A stretch of DNA of 17,268 bases from Candidatus Micrarchaeaceae archaeon (lineage in GTDB: Archaea > Micrarchaeota > Micrarchaeia > Micrarchaeales > CABMGC01). Below the pieces are notes generated by a model. It had not been told where the DNA came from, searched no databases, and worked only from the letters and a program-made list of their open reading frames with translations. The position numbers and the translations under genes are program-made. Positions within the stretch are counted from its first letter, which is position 1, and the number at the start of each line of letters is the position of its first letter. The DNA lies in contig JAVZVY010000016.1 of assembly GCA_038878295.1 (NCBI GenBank), positions 1 through 17,268 on the forward strand. Direction: 5' to 3'. Below are positions 6,523 through 14,845 of this stretch, piece after piece.

Positions 6523-7218
6523 CTACAGATATTTTGCTATCTCTTTTAGGGAAAGTGCAGTATATTCGCCGCCTTTTTCAACATAGGAGATATCTACGCT
6601 ATCTTCGGTGAGCTTCTTTTCGCTTACTTTTTTGATTATCTTTATGCCAAGGGCTATCGCGTCGTCGGTTGACATGTTTTCCTTGTATTCCTTAGAGAGT
6701 ATGTCGAATGCCACTTTCTTGCCCATACCTATTGCGTCTGCCTTGTAGCCGAGGTAGGATGCGCCCGGATCTATTTCGTATAGCTTTGGAGTTGAGTCGA
6801 CCCCACCAAGAAGTATCGAAACGGCGTAAGGCCTTATGCCACCGTATTGCGTCGCTTGCATCATGTAGCTTGAGAGCTCCCGCGCAAGCGCGTCTATAGA
6901 TTTGACTTCGTTGAATATAAGCCTGTGGCTCTGTGTTATGGATCTTGCTGTGTCTATTATGTGTATGCCATCTGACATTATGCCGCTGTATGTCGCGCCT
7001 ATGTGCGAGTCTATTCTGAAAACCTTCTGAATTGTTGATGAAACTGCAAGGTCCTCTGTTATGTTCTTGTGCGCTATGAACACTACTGAATTCTTGCCAA
7101 CTAAGCCTATTGATGTCGCGCCCTTCCTAACCGCTTCCTTCGCGTATTCGACCTGGAAAAGCCTGCCGTCAGGGCTGAACATTACGCCTCTGTCATATGC
7201 TTGTACATTCGGATACAT
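6523..7218 (-). CDS. psmA: Proteasome alpha subunit
   Basis: AYDRGVMFSPDGRLFQVEYAKEAVRKGATSIG signature; TQYGGIRPYAVS; start at ATG 7218. Confidence 0.98.
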   Translation of the reverse strand: MYPNVQAYDRGVMFSPDGRLFQVEYAKEAVRKGATSIGLVGKNSVVFIAHKNITEDLAVSSTIQKVFRIDSHIGATYSGIMSDGIHIIDTARSITQSHRLIFNEVKSIDALARELSSYMMQATQYGGIRPYAVSILLGGVDSTPKLYEIDPGASYLGYKADAIGMGKKVAFDILSKEYKENMSTDDAIALGIKIIKKVSEKKLTEDSVDISYVEKGGEYTALSLKEIAKYL

Positions 7219-7262
7219 TATATCACAACTCAAAAATATGGTTAGTTAATATGGCACTTATA

Positions 7263-7277
7263 ATTATATATTTTTGC
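7263..7277 (-). promoter_or_regulatory. Putative BRE/TATA promoter for the psmA operon
   Basis: The minus strand reads GCAAAAA TATATAAT about 45 nt upstream of the psmA ATG. Confidence 0.55.
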
Positions 7278-7303
7278 TTTAGCTGCTTTTCGTGGATTCT
7301 GAG

Positions 7304-8611
7304 TTATGGCGAGAGCCTGTTTATCATCCTTGGAAATGGGATTGCGTCGCGTATATGCTCAAGATTGAGGAGCCATTTTATCACGCGCTCTATGCCCATT
7401 CCGAAGCCTGCATGCGGCACTGACCCGTATCTTCTCAGATCGATCCACCACGCATAGTTTTCCCTGTTGAATTTTATGCCCTGCGACTTTTCCACTTCAG
7501 CCATACGCTCCTCAAGCTCGTCGAGCCGCCATATCCTTTCACTGCCTCCTATGATCTCACCGTGGCCATGCGGGGCCTGCATGTCTGCGCAGAGAACTGT
7601 GCGGCTGTCCTTTGGGTTTATTGGCATGTAGAAAGCCTTTATCTCCTTAGGCCAGTTGTATATGAAGATCGGCTTTTCTTCTTCGGCTGTGAGTAGGCGC
7701 TCATCGTCTATCCCGAAATCATCGCCCCATTTCTTCTTTGATCCCTTCTCATTGAGGATTTCAATGGCCTTCTCATAGGAGATACGCTTGAATGGGGGCC
7801 GCACCTTCAGCAATTCCTCAGGCTCTACGCCAAATGTCTTGAGGAGGTCTGCGTTTTTCTTTGCAAGGCTATTGGCTATGTAGCTTACAAGCCTCTCTTG
7901 GAGGTTCATATTCTTCTTGTTATCATAAAATGCCATCTCCGGCTCGAGATGCCAGTATTCGGCGAGGTGCTTGGTTGTCCTTGATTTCTCGGCCCTGTAA
8001 GAAGGGGCAAACGAATAGACCTTTTCCAGGGAAAATATCATAGCCTCGGCATAAAGCTGCGATGATTCGGTAAGGTATGCATCCTGGTCGAAATATCTGA
8101 CTTTGAACATGGATGAGCCGGTTTCGCCACCAGCCTTAGTTATTAGAGGCGGCGTAATCTCGTAGAAGCCACGCTTGTCCAGGAATTCCCTCGCATATCT
8201 GAAGACATATGCGCGGACCTTCATGATGTCGCGCATCCTCAGGCTCCTAAGCCAAAGGTGGCGCTTGTCGAGAAGAAGCTCTGTGCTCTGGTATTCTGTT
8301 ATTGGAAATGGCTCTGCAACGCTGATGTTCTTGAAAGACGATGCTTCAATCTCATAGCCTGTCTGCGAGCGCTCTTCCTTTTTTACCAAGCCAGTGGCTG
8401 AGACGCTCGACTCTATGCTAGCCTTTTCGGCATCAAGCCATGACTTTTCGTCAACACCTGACCTCTTTATTGCAAGCTGTATTATGCCTGTGCTGTCCCT
8501 GACTATTATGAAGATTATGCCACCGCTCTCCCTCTTTCTATAAACCCAGCCAGTTATGCTTACAGGCCTGCCAATTTCGTGCTCAGCATCTGAAATATGC
8601 ATCGGTCTCAT
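7304..8611 (-). CDS. asnS: Asparaginyl-tRNA synthetase
   Basis: N-terminal OB fold (GWVYRKR..GGIIFIIVRDSTGIIQ), LLDKRHLWLRS, motif 2 PSYRAEKSRT.KHLAEYWHLEPE, GEIIGGSERI, YAWWIDLRRYGSVPHAGFGMGIER. Start placed at ATG 8611, which has AAAAGG-TTATTATT about 25 nt upstream. Confidence 0.93.
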   Translation of the reverse strand: MRPMHISDAEHEIGRPVSITGWVYRKRESGGIIFIIVRDSTGIIQLAIKRSGVDEKSWLDAEKASIESSVSATGLVKKEERSQTGYEIEASSFKNISVAEPFPITEYQSTELLLDKRHLWLRSLRMRDIMKVRAYVFRYAREFLDKRGFYEITPPLITKAGGETGSSMFKVRYFDQDAYLTESSQLYAEAMIFSLEKVYSFAPSYRAEKSRTTKHLAEYWHLEPEMAFYDNKKNMNLQERLVSYIANSLAKKNADLLKTFGVEPEELLKVRPPFKRISYEKAIEILNEKGSKKKWGDDFGIDDERLLTAEEEKPIFIYNWPKEIKAFYMPINPKDSRTVLCADMQAPHGHGEIIGGSERIWRLDELEERMAEVEKSQGIKFNRENYAWWIDLRRYGSVPHAGFGMGIERVIKWLLNLEHIRDAIPFPRMINRLSP

Positions 8612-8728
8612 AAATAGCATTGAACTAATAATAAATAATAACCTTTTGTGTAGCGCCTTTGCATCCAGCAAAAAGCTCTGAAAGGCCTTTTGCAAAGACT
8701 ATTATCCTTTTCCGTTCATTATCTAAAT

Positions 8729-9310
8729 ATGGCTGAAGAGGAGGATCTAGTAAAGAGGTACAATGCGCTTTATTTGGAAATAATATTGAAGTATAAGGAT
8801 TATATAGAGGAGCAGGAGAGCCTGTATGTTGCGGAACTGCCAAACCTTGTGACCCCGAATGATGACGTTGTTGTTGGTGTGGCCAACAGAATAAAGAGTG
8901 GTTTTCCGATTTACAATTATGAGGAAAACTTCCATGATGCTGCTAAGGCTGCCTACGAACATGTAAAAAATGAGATTTATACAGTAGAGCTCCCGGTTCA
9001 GTTCTGGCTCACGCCAAGACAGACCGAAACAGTTGGCGCCGGAGACATATTTGACAAGGCGGTGCTGCTCTGCAGCTTGTTAATAGCCCTCGGTAATCCT
9101 TCATCCAAAGTGATAGTCATTATAACTGACTCAGAAAGAAAGTTTTTGAACTATGCTGAATTTGATGGCAGGGTAATAGCAATAGACTTTGACAAAGGCA
9201 TAATAGAGTTCAAAAGCATCGAAGAGATGATGTCTTATTTCAGCATCAAAAAAGGCAAAGACGTAACCGCTTATGAATTCAACGACAAAATGTACAATGA
9301 CTTAGCATAG
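8729..9310 (+). CDS. Transglutaminase-like (papain-fold) protein, catalytic Cys absent
   Basis: FWLTPRQTETVGAGDIFDKAVLLCSLLIALG matches the W..P.ETL..G.GDCED.A.LL.SLL.A.G signature with C replaced by I. Confidence 0.75.
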   Translation: MAEEEDLVKRYNALYLEIILKYKDYIEEQESLYVAELPNLVTPNDDVVVGVANRIKSGFPIYNYEENFHDAAKAAYEHVKNEIYTVELPVQFWLTPRQTETVGAGDIFDKAVLLCSLLIALGNPSSKVIVIITDSERKFLNYAEFDGRVIAIDFDKGIIEFKSIEEMMSYFSIKKGKDVTAYEFNDKMYNDLA

Positions 9311-9652
9311 CTACGATGCGCCCTCATTTTGGAAAGCTTTGGCGTAGTATCTTAAAATAGATCTTATGGTGCCTGAAGTTCTGAGTGTATAGATTCCGAT
9401 CTCTGAATCGTGCATTTCCTTTATGAAAGCCAGTGCTAGTATTATTGCATGCTCTGAACCCCTTGCCGTCTTGATTATGAATGAGTTATGGCTCAGCGTC
9501 TTTACTACGTGCGGATTTGCTTGAGCGAAGGATTTAATGCCCATTATGGGTAGCAAACTTTTCCGCATTTCGGCATCTAAAGCTTTCACTTCGTAGTTAA
9601 CCGAAGCTGAAGCTTCGGCAAGTATGTACCTATATTTTTTTCTTAATATCAT
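9311..9652 (-). CDS. rnp2: RNase P protein component 2 (Pop5/Rpp14)
   Basis: LRKKYRYI N-terminus, FIIKTARG, and TLRTSGTIRS signature; follows rnp3. Confidence 0.92.
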   Translation of the reverse strand: MILRKKYRYILAEASASVNYEVKALDAEMRKSLLPIMGIKSFAQANPHVVKTLSHNSFIIKTARGSEHAIILALAFIKEMHDSEIGIYTLRTSGTIRSILRYYAKAFQNEGAS

Positions 9653-10151
9653 AAATACCGCCGTTTGCGTTCAGCATCGCTTTTGAAAGGGTATCGGAGG
9701 CGCCAAGCATCTTTGCAATTTCGATTAGCTGCTGTGCAGATCTCATCTCACTTGCACTTCTTGCGAACGATGCCAAAGCGACATTTACGGAGTAGTGTAG
9801 GGCTCTTTTCAGCAGATCCGAATTCCAGACTATTTTTTGCACAGGTTGCCCAGAAAAAATAATATCACGCGCACTAAAGACGATTGTTTTGCCCTCGTCA
9901 GAAAGCTCACGCAAGATCTTGTTGTTGTAGTTTCTGCTTGCGTAAAAAGCAACAACGTTTTTTGACCTTGCTGCCTTCTTTGCCACGGCTTCTGTTTCGG
10001 GGTTGATTATGATCTTATTGCCTTGCTGCACAGAATTAGCTATTGAAACGCCTGACGAGCCCGCGTTGAATACTTTTTTAAAGCCAAGCCTACTAGCAAA
10101 ATCTTCGCTGATGCTGTCATGCATTTCTATTATGTCAAAATAGTGCATCAT
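9630..10151 (-). CDS. rnp3: RNase P protein component 3 (Rpp30), shortened
   Basis: C-terminal VALASFARSASEMRSAQQLIEIAKMLG matches the Rpp30 SS.A....ELR.P.D......LG motif; conserved adjacency to pop5. Confidence 0.8.
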   Translation of the reverse strand: MMHYFDIIEMHDSISEDFASRLGFKKVFNAGSSGVSIANSVQQGNKIIINPETEAVAKKAARSKNVVAFYASRNYNNKILRELSDEGKTIVFSARDIIFSGQPVQKIVWNSDLLKRALHYSVNVALASFARSASEMRSAQQLIEIAKMLGASDTLSKAMLNANGGIYDIKKKI

Positions 10152-10152
10152 A

Positions 10153-11367
10153 TCAAGCCGGGCCTTCGGCTGCGCTTTCTCGCACCATCCTTTTTTCTAT
10201 TGTTTCCTTTATTCTTTCAGGCGAATAGAGAAGCTTTATCAGCTTTGTATGGCCCCGCACGCCCCTACCCGATTCTGTTGTGGATATGAGGCCCTGCATG
10301 TCCAGATCCGAAATGTATTTTCTGTACCATCTTGGGCTTTTCGCCTCTTTGTTGAGCGATTCTGCTATCCCTGCATATTTTTCGTAAATTTCTCCGCTGA
10401 ATAGGTAGCTTTCTTCACCATCGGCAAGCTTCTTGTATCTGCCGCCCTTAAGGGTAAGCAAAGCTATTGCGTAGAGCACGAGTGCCTGGTGCTCTGGCAG
10501 AGTGCTAACCAAGTCGTAAGCTATTTCTTCCTCTGCTGATTTTGCGGCCCTTTCGACTTCGGCTGTTGTTACCTTTTCAGAACCTTCCTCTTCGGCTATT
10601 TCACATGCCTTCGAAAGTATCCTTAGGGCGAGGCGCGCATCGCCGCTCTCGCTTGCTGCTATCGCGGCTGCAAGGTTTACCGCCGCACTGTCAACTGTGT
10701 TTGGCTTTACCGCTATCGGCAGCCTTGCCTGCATTATAGCTGCAAGCTCGTTAGAGTTGTATGGAGGGAAAACAATCTCGGTCTCGTCCAAAGTAGATAC
10801 GCTTCTTGGATCCAGCTGCTCCTTGAATGATATCCTGTTCGAGATACCGATTATTGTTATTCCGCCTGACTTTATATCGCTGTTCGCCCTTGAAAGAGTG
10901 TATATTAAATCATCCAGATCCTTTATCGTGTCTATCTCGTCGAGAACCACTATCAGTATCTTGCCGTCTTCCTCTATCCAGCTTATGATTTTCTCATATA
11001 TATCCACGAGACCGTAGCCGCGCTTAGCGTAAGTCGGCATGTTGTCTGCGACTATTTTGTTCAGTACCCTGTAGCGCGAGTTGTAGATTCTGCAGTTTAT
11101 GTATGATATTTTTGCCTTTACCGCAGGGCTGCCATTTACCTTTGCTATTACGTTCTTTATGCATGAAGTTTTGCCTGTGCCTGTTTTGCCATATATAAAG
11201 ATGTTTCTGCCTCTACTGCCTTTCAAAGCGGGCATAAGGGCTCTTATTATGCTGTCTATCTGCTTGTCTCGGAAAAGCAGCGATTCCGGCACAAAGTGGG
11301 GCGACAATGCTTCCCTGTTTATGAAAATCTTTGACTCCTTAAGAAGCTCCGCAAACGGTTCGGGCAT
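10153..11367 (-). CDS. cdc6: Orc1/Cdc6 replication initiator
   Basis: IFINREALSPHFVPESLLFRD, Walker A GKTGTGKT, YINC, Walker B VVLDEID, FPPYN..EL, GDARLAL and C-terminal winged helix; ATG 11367 has a GGGGGAT RBS. Confidence 0.97.
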   Translation of the reverse strand: MPEPFAELLKESKIFINREALSPHFVPESLLFRDKQIDSIIRALMPALKGSRGRNIFIYGKTGTGKTSCIKNVIAKVNGSPAVKAKISYINCRIYNSRYRVLNKIVADNMPTYAKRGYGLVDIYEKIISWIEEDGKILIVVLDEIDTIKDLDDLIYTLSRANSDIKSGGITIIGISNRISFKEQLDPRSVSTLDETEIVFPPYNSNELAAIMQARLPIAVKPNTVDSAAVNLAAAIAASESGDARLALRILSKACEIAEEEGSEKVTTAEVERAAKSAEEEIAYDLVSTLPEHQALVLYAIALLTLKGGRYKKLADGEESYLFSGEIYEKYAGIAESLNKEAKSPRWYRKYISDLDMQGLISTTESGRGVRGHTKLIKLLYSPERIKETIEKRMVRESAAEGPA

Positions 11368-11389
11368 TTGATCCCCCACAGGCGTATAA

Positions 11390-12172
11390 TTATCTTTTAA
11401 TATCAAGATTTTTAATGATATTCATAAATTCCTCACTTATTTCTTTCTCTTCGAGAACAGGTATTTTGCCTTCGTCGCTTAATTTGTTGAATCTTACGTC
11501 AAATTTTATCGACCCCAGGAACTTTGCGCCGAGCGATTTAGATATTTCTGTGGCGTTTGCTGGATTGCCCAATGACATTGTTTCTACAATTCCGAGAATT
11601 GCCACTCCGAGGCGCTTGGCCATAAGACCTGAGCGACTAGCGTTGATTGCAGCTATCTTCTGGGGCGTTGTGACAAGCACTATACCGTCAAGATCCAGAA
11701 GCTGCATTATTGAAAGCGGGGCATCGCTCGTGCCAGGCGGCAAGTCCACGATCAGGTAATCCAGCGCGCCCCAATCGGCGTTTTCAAGGAATTCTGCAAC
11801 CATTTTGGCTATAAGCGGGCCGCGCCATATTATGGGTCTTTTCGCGTCATCTGTAAAGAGCGCTGTTGAAAGGACCTTTACGCCTTTGTGGAGCATTGGC
11901 TCCACGGCAGTCTGCATCGCCGAAGCTTCCATGCCTGTGAAAAAGTTCACGTTTGGACAGTCTATGTCAGCATCAAGCAGCCCGACTTTGTAGCCGAGGC
12001 CATTAAGCGCGTATGCCAGATTGACAGCTACGGTTGTCTTGCCGACTCCGCCCTTTGCACTGTATACGCCTATCTTGTGCTTTATTCCGGAGAGTTTTTT
12101 CTTAATGCGCTCCCTTTGCGCTATAACGTTAAGGAAACTTGGATGCATTGATTGGCTCCCGCTCTGCTCCAT
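11390..12172 (-). CDS. mrp: Mrp/Nbp35 (ApbC) family P-loop ATPase lacking the C-terminal CPxC
   Basis: SAKGGVGKTTVAVNLA, VGLLDADID.P, IIWRGP, WGALDYLIVDLPPGTSD, VTTPQ, GIVETMS. Confidence 0.93.
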   Translation of the reverse strand: MEQSGSQSMHPSFLNVIAQRERIKKKLSGIKHKIGVYSAKGGVGKTTVAVNLAYALNGLGYKVGLLDADIDCPNVNFFTGMEASAMQTAVEPMLHKGVKVLSTALFTDDAKRPIIWRGPLIAKMVAEFLENADWGALDYLIVDLPPGTSDAPLSIMQLLDLDGIVLVTTPQKIAAINASRSGLMAKRLGVAILGIVETMSLGNPANATEISKSLGAKFLGSIKFDVRFNKLSDEGKIPVLEEKEISEEFMNIIKNLDIKR

Positions 12173-12286
12173 AAGAATCAATCATACATCGCAGCACTAA
12201 TATATATTTTTAGCTACGGTGCTCCTTTACGATGATATACTTTGCAATCTGATAGAAATTTATGCCTGCTTTTCCAAATAAAAAAT

Positions 12287-12982
12287 ATGGAGGCTTTTGT
12301 AGGCACGTCTGGCTGGCTTTACGATTGGAACAAGGAATCAAGCTTGAAATGGTATATAGAGAATTCCGGACTCAACGCGATAGAGCTTAATGCGAGCTTC
12401 TACAGATTCCCTTTTCCAAATCAGATTTTGGGATGGCGCAAGTCAGGCTCGGAGCTAAGATGGTGCATCAAGGTCAACAGGATTGTAACACATATACACA
12501 TGCTCAACAAAAAGGCCGTGACAACGTACGAGAAGTTTCTGGACCTTTTCAAGCCGCTTGACGACATTATAGAGTTCTACCTTTTTCAGATGCCTCCGCG
12601 ATTTTCTGTGTCGCAAAAGGACCGGCTTATTTCTTTCTTCCAGAGCTTCGAGCAGAAAAAGGTCGCTATTGAGTTCAGAAACAGGAGCTGGTATGGCTTT
12701 GACTTTGACAGCATTGATTTCGCTGGCGCGATCGTTTCGCCAGATTCTCCAGAGACAAACCGCATAATATTTTCGAAGAACAAAACTGAATATATAAGAT
12801 TCCACGGGAGGAGCGCATGGTATTCCTATAAGTATAGCAAAGGCGAGCTTAAGGAGATGGCTGAGCTTGCGGTTTCGCAAAAGCCCCGCAAAATCATGGC
12901 TTTTTTCAACAACAACCATGACATGCTTGAGAATGCGAAGGAGTTCAGGAAGGCGCTCGAAGCGCTATCGACTCAAAACTAA
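12287..12982 (+). CDS. DUF72 (YecE-like) TIM-barrel protein
   Basis: VGTSGWLY.W, IELNASFYRFP, K.NRIVTH, LFQMPPRF, AIEFRNRSW, YIRFHGR..WYSYKYS..EL, AFFNN. Confidence 0.93.
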   Translation: MEAFVGTSGWLYDWNKESSLKWYIENSGLNAIELNASFYRFPFPNQILGWRKSGSELRWCIKVNRIVTHIHMLNKKAVTTYEKFLDLFKPLDDIIEFYLFQMPPRFSVSQKDRLISFFQSFEQKKVAIEFRNRSWYGFDFDSIDFAGAIVSPDSPETNRIIFSKNKTEYIRFHGRSAWYSYKYSKGELKEMAELAVSQKPRKIMAFFNNNHDMLENAKEFRKALEALSTQN

Positions 12983-13032
12983 AGATTATTATAGTTAATC
13001 CTTCTTTATATTCAACTGCATTCGGTGATTTT

Positions 13033-13404
13033 GTGAATATAAATGAATTGAAAGTAGGTGCAAAAAACGTCACGCTTGAAGCTACAGTGGCGGAAAAAGA
13101 GGAACCGAGAGAGGTCGTAACGAAGTACGGAAAGAGGTTGAATGTTGCTAATTTGACGCTTAAAGACGAGACTGGAAGCATAAGTCTTTCGCTTTGGGGA
13201 GACGACATAGACCTTGTTGACGTTGGAGACAAGATAAAAATAACAAACGGCTACGTAAGTGAATTCAGAGGAACGCCGCAACTTTCCGTTGGAAAATATG
13301 GGAAGATGGAAGTCATTGAGAAATCAAGCGGCAAAGAGGAGGAGCTTGGCGAAACTGAAAATGAAGACAGAGACGAATTTTCTGAGGAAGATCAGGATCA
13401 GTAA
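13033..13404 (+). CDS. ssb: Single-OB-fold ssDNA-binding protein with acidic tail
   Basis: LKDETGSISLSLWG, GDKIKITNGYVSEFRGTPQLSVGKYG OB signature; D/E-rich C-terminal tail; GTG start with GGTGAT RBS. Confidence 0.92.
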   Translation: MNINELKVGAKNVTLEATVAEKEEPREVVTKYGKRLNVANLTLKDETGSISLSLWGDDIDLVDVGDKIKITNGYVSEFRGTPQLSVGKYGKMEVIEKSSGKEEELGETENEDRDEFSEEDQDQ

Positions 13405-13427
13405 GCATCCGATTTGCTGCGCTATTG

Positions 13428-14675
13428 CTATGATATTTCTATAGTGTCGTTTAGCTTCGGGGCGTGCGCTTCGAAGCCTTCTATTTCCAAGGTTGATGCG
13501 AAGTCGCTGGTGCTCTTGGCGTCTCCATGCACGCATATTACCACCTCAGGATCGACCTGCTTGACGAAATTGTATAGGTCGCTCTTGCCAGCGTGCGCAG
13601 AGAAATCGTAGAAAGCAACTGGAATTTTCACCTTGAATTTTTTGCCGTCTATGATTATGGGCTTGTTTTCAAGTACTTTCCTGCCGTTTGTGCCTTCTAT
13701 CTGGTATCCAGTCAGGAAAATTTTGGAGTTCTGGTTAAGCATCTTTATATAATCAAGCACAGGACCTCCGTTCAGCATTCCTGCTGTGGTAATTATTATG
13801 TGCGGCTCCTTTGTAATGTGTATTCTGTCACTGCGCCCTCCAACCCAGATTGCGCTTCTCGCGGCGCTCTCTAGGTTCTTTGCGTCCTTGAACAGGTTTG
13901 CATATTTTAGGCTTGTCTCGGTTGCTTCTTTAGCCATTCCGTCGATGCAAACATATTCTGAGAGTTTTTCCTTGTAGAGTATTGCAAGCAGCTCCTGGGC
14001 TCTGCCCACAGCGAAGCTAGGGAGCAGCGCCGTGCCGCCGTTGTCTAGGACTTCCCTGATTGAGTCCACAAACGAAGCTATGAGTTTTTTTCTATCAGGA
14101 TGCTCCCTTGTGGCGTATGTTGACTCGGTTATGAGCACGTCGGCCTTGACCGCTGAGGCACCGTACTGGAGACTCTGCTCTGCAAGCTTGAAGTCGCCAG
14201 TATAGAGCACTCTTCTGCCATTATTATATCTCTCGATTAGGGTAAGGGCGCTGCCTAGGATGTGACCCGCATCGTAAAATGTTATGCTGTAATCCGCAAG
14301 CTCTTCTGGCACGCCGTACTCCTTGCTTATGTAATTCTTGTTAAACGCGTTGAGCTGCTTGTTGAAAAAGTGCTGCTTGGCGTGCCTTCGGCTCGCGAGT
14401 TTCATTGAGTCTTTTATCAAGATGTTGCTCAGCTCAAGTGTAGGCTTTGTGCCTATCGTAATCGGCGGCATTGCAAAATAGAGTGCTGGCGCCGAGCCGC
14501 TATGATCGAGATGCGCATGACTCAGTGCAAAAACATCCACAGATTTTGGGGTTATCGGATATTCTACTGTACCGTCTATTTTTATGCCATAGTCAAGCAG
14601 GATACTTATTTCATCTTTTAGCATTATTGCTGATCTTCCTACTTCGCTAGCTCCGCCAAGCAGATGCACCTTCAA
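13428..14675 (-). CDS. MBL-fold beta-CASP ribonuclease (aCPSF1b/aCPSF2-like, no KH domains)
   Basis: LGGASEVGRSA, LLDYG, SHAHLDHSG, AGHILGS, YTGD, ESTY, FAVGRAQE, GMLNGGP, FSAHA, VHGD; TTG start. Confidence 0.93.
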   Translation of the reverse strand: MKVHLLGGASEVGRSAIMLKDEISILLDYGIKIDGTVEYPITPKSVDVFALSHAHLDHSGSAPALYFAMPPITIGTKPTLELSNILIKDSMKLASRRHAKQHFFNKQLNAFNKNYISKEYGVPEELADYSITFYDAGHILGSALTLIERYNNGRRVLYTGDFKLAEQSLQYGASAVKADVLITESTYATREHPDRKKLIASFVDSIREVLDNGGTALLPSFAVGRAQELLAILYKEKLSEYVCIDGMAKEATETSLKYANLFKDAKNLESAARSAIWVGGRSDRIHITKEPHIIITTAGMLNGGPVLDYIKMLNQNSKIFLTGYQIEGTNGRKVLENKPIIIDGKKFKVKIPVAFYDFSAHAGKSDLYNFVKQVDPEVVICVHGDAKSTSDFASTLEIEGFEAHAPKLNDTIEIS

Positions 14676-14705
14676 TCAATCACTCGGGTTCTCAGGCTTA
14701 AAAAT

Positions 14706-14828
14706 TCAAACTGATTCATCTTCGAAAAATAAGTCTATAAATGTTCTATTTGCGCGTTGCCAGGTGCGGCTCTGGATCTCATACTTAGGATGTGCTTGCT
14801 TTCTTAGGTTTGTTTTTGATTCTGGCAT
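14706..14828 (-). CDS. Possible 40-aa microprotein
   Basis: Hand translation MPESKTNLRKQAHPKYEIQSRTWQRANRTFIDLFFEDESV*; fills the 170-nt gap co-directionally with its neighbours; RBS weak. Confidence 0.4.
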   Translation of the reverse strand: MPESKTNLRKQAHPKYEIQSRTWQRANRTFIDLFFEDESV

Positions 14829-14845
14829 ATGATACGACAAGCATT

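Noticed and set aside
3229..7457. Long + strand ORFs opposite the exosome/proteasome operon (e.g. 3374-4000, 4007-4423, 4622-5038, 5197-5643, 6141-6611)
   Set aside because: Ser/Ile/Phe-rich antisense frames of well-conserved genes with no motifs of their own.
12229..12252. Second C/D sRNA candidate (ACGATGA-13 nt-CTGA)
   Set aside because: The C box is mismatched, there is no second C'/D pair, no convincing target was found, and it lies in a divergent promoter region.
11368..12286. Replication origin (ORB repeats) next to cdc6
   Set aside because: cdc6 is flanked by 1-nt and 22-nt gaps. The nearest intergenic region has only a single weak TTCCAAATAAAA, with no repeated ORB or G-string.
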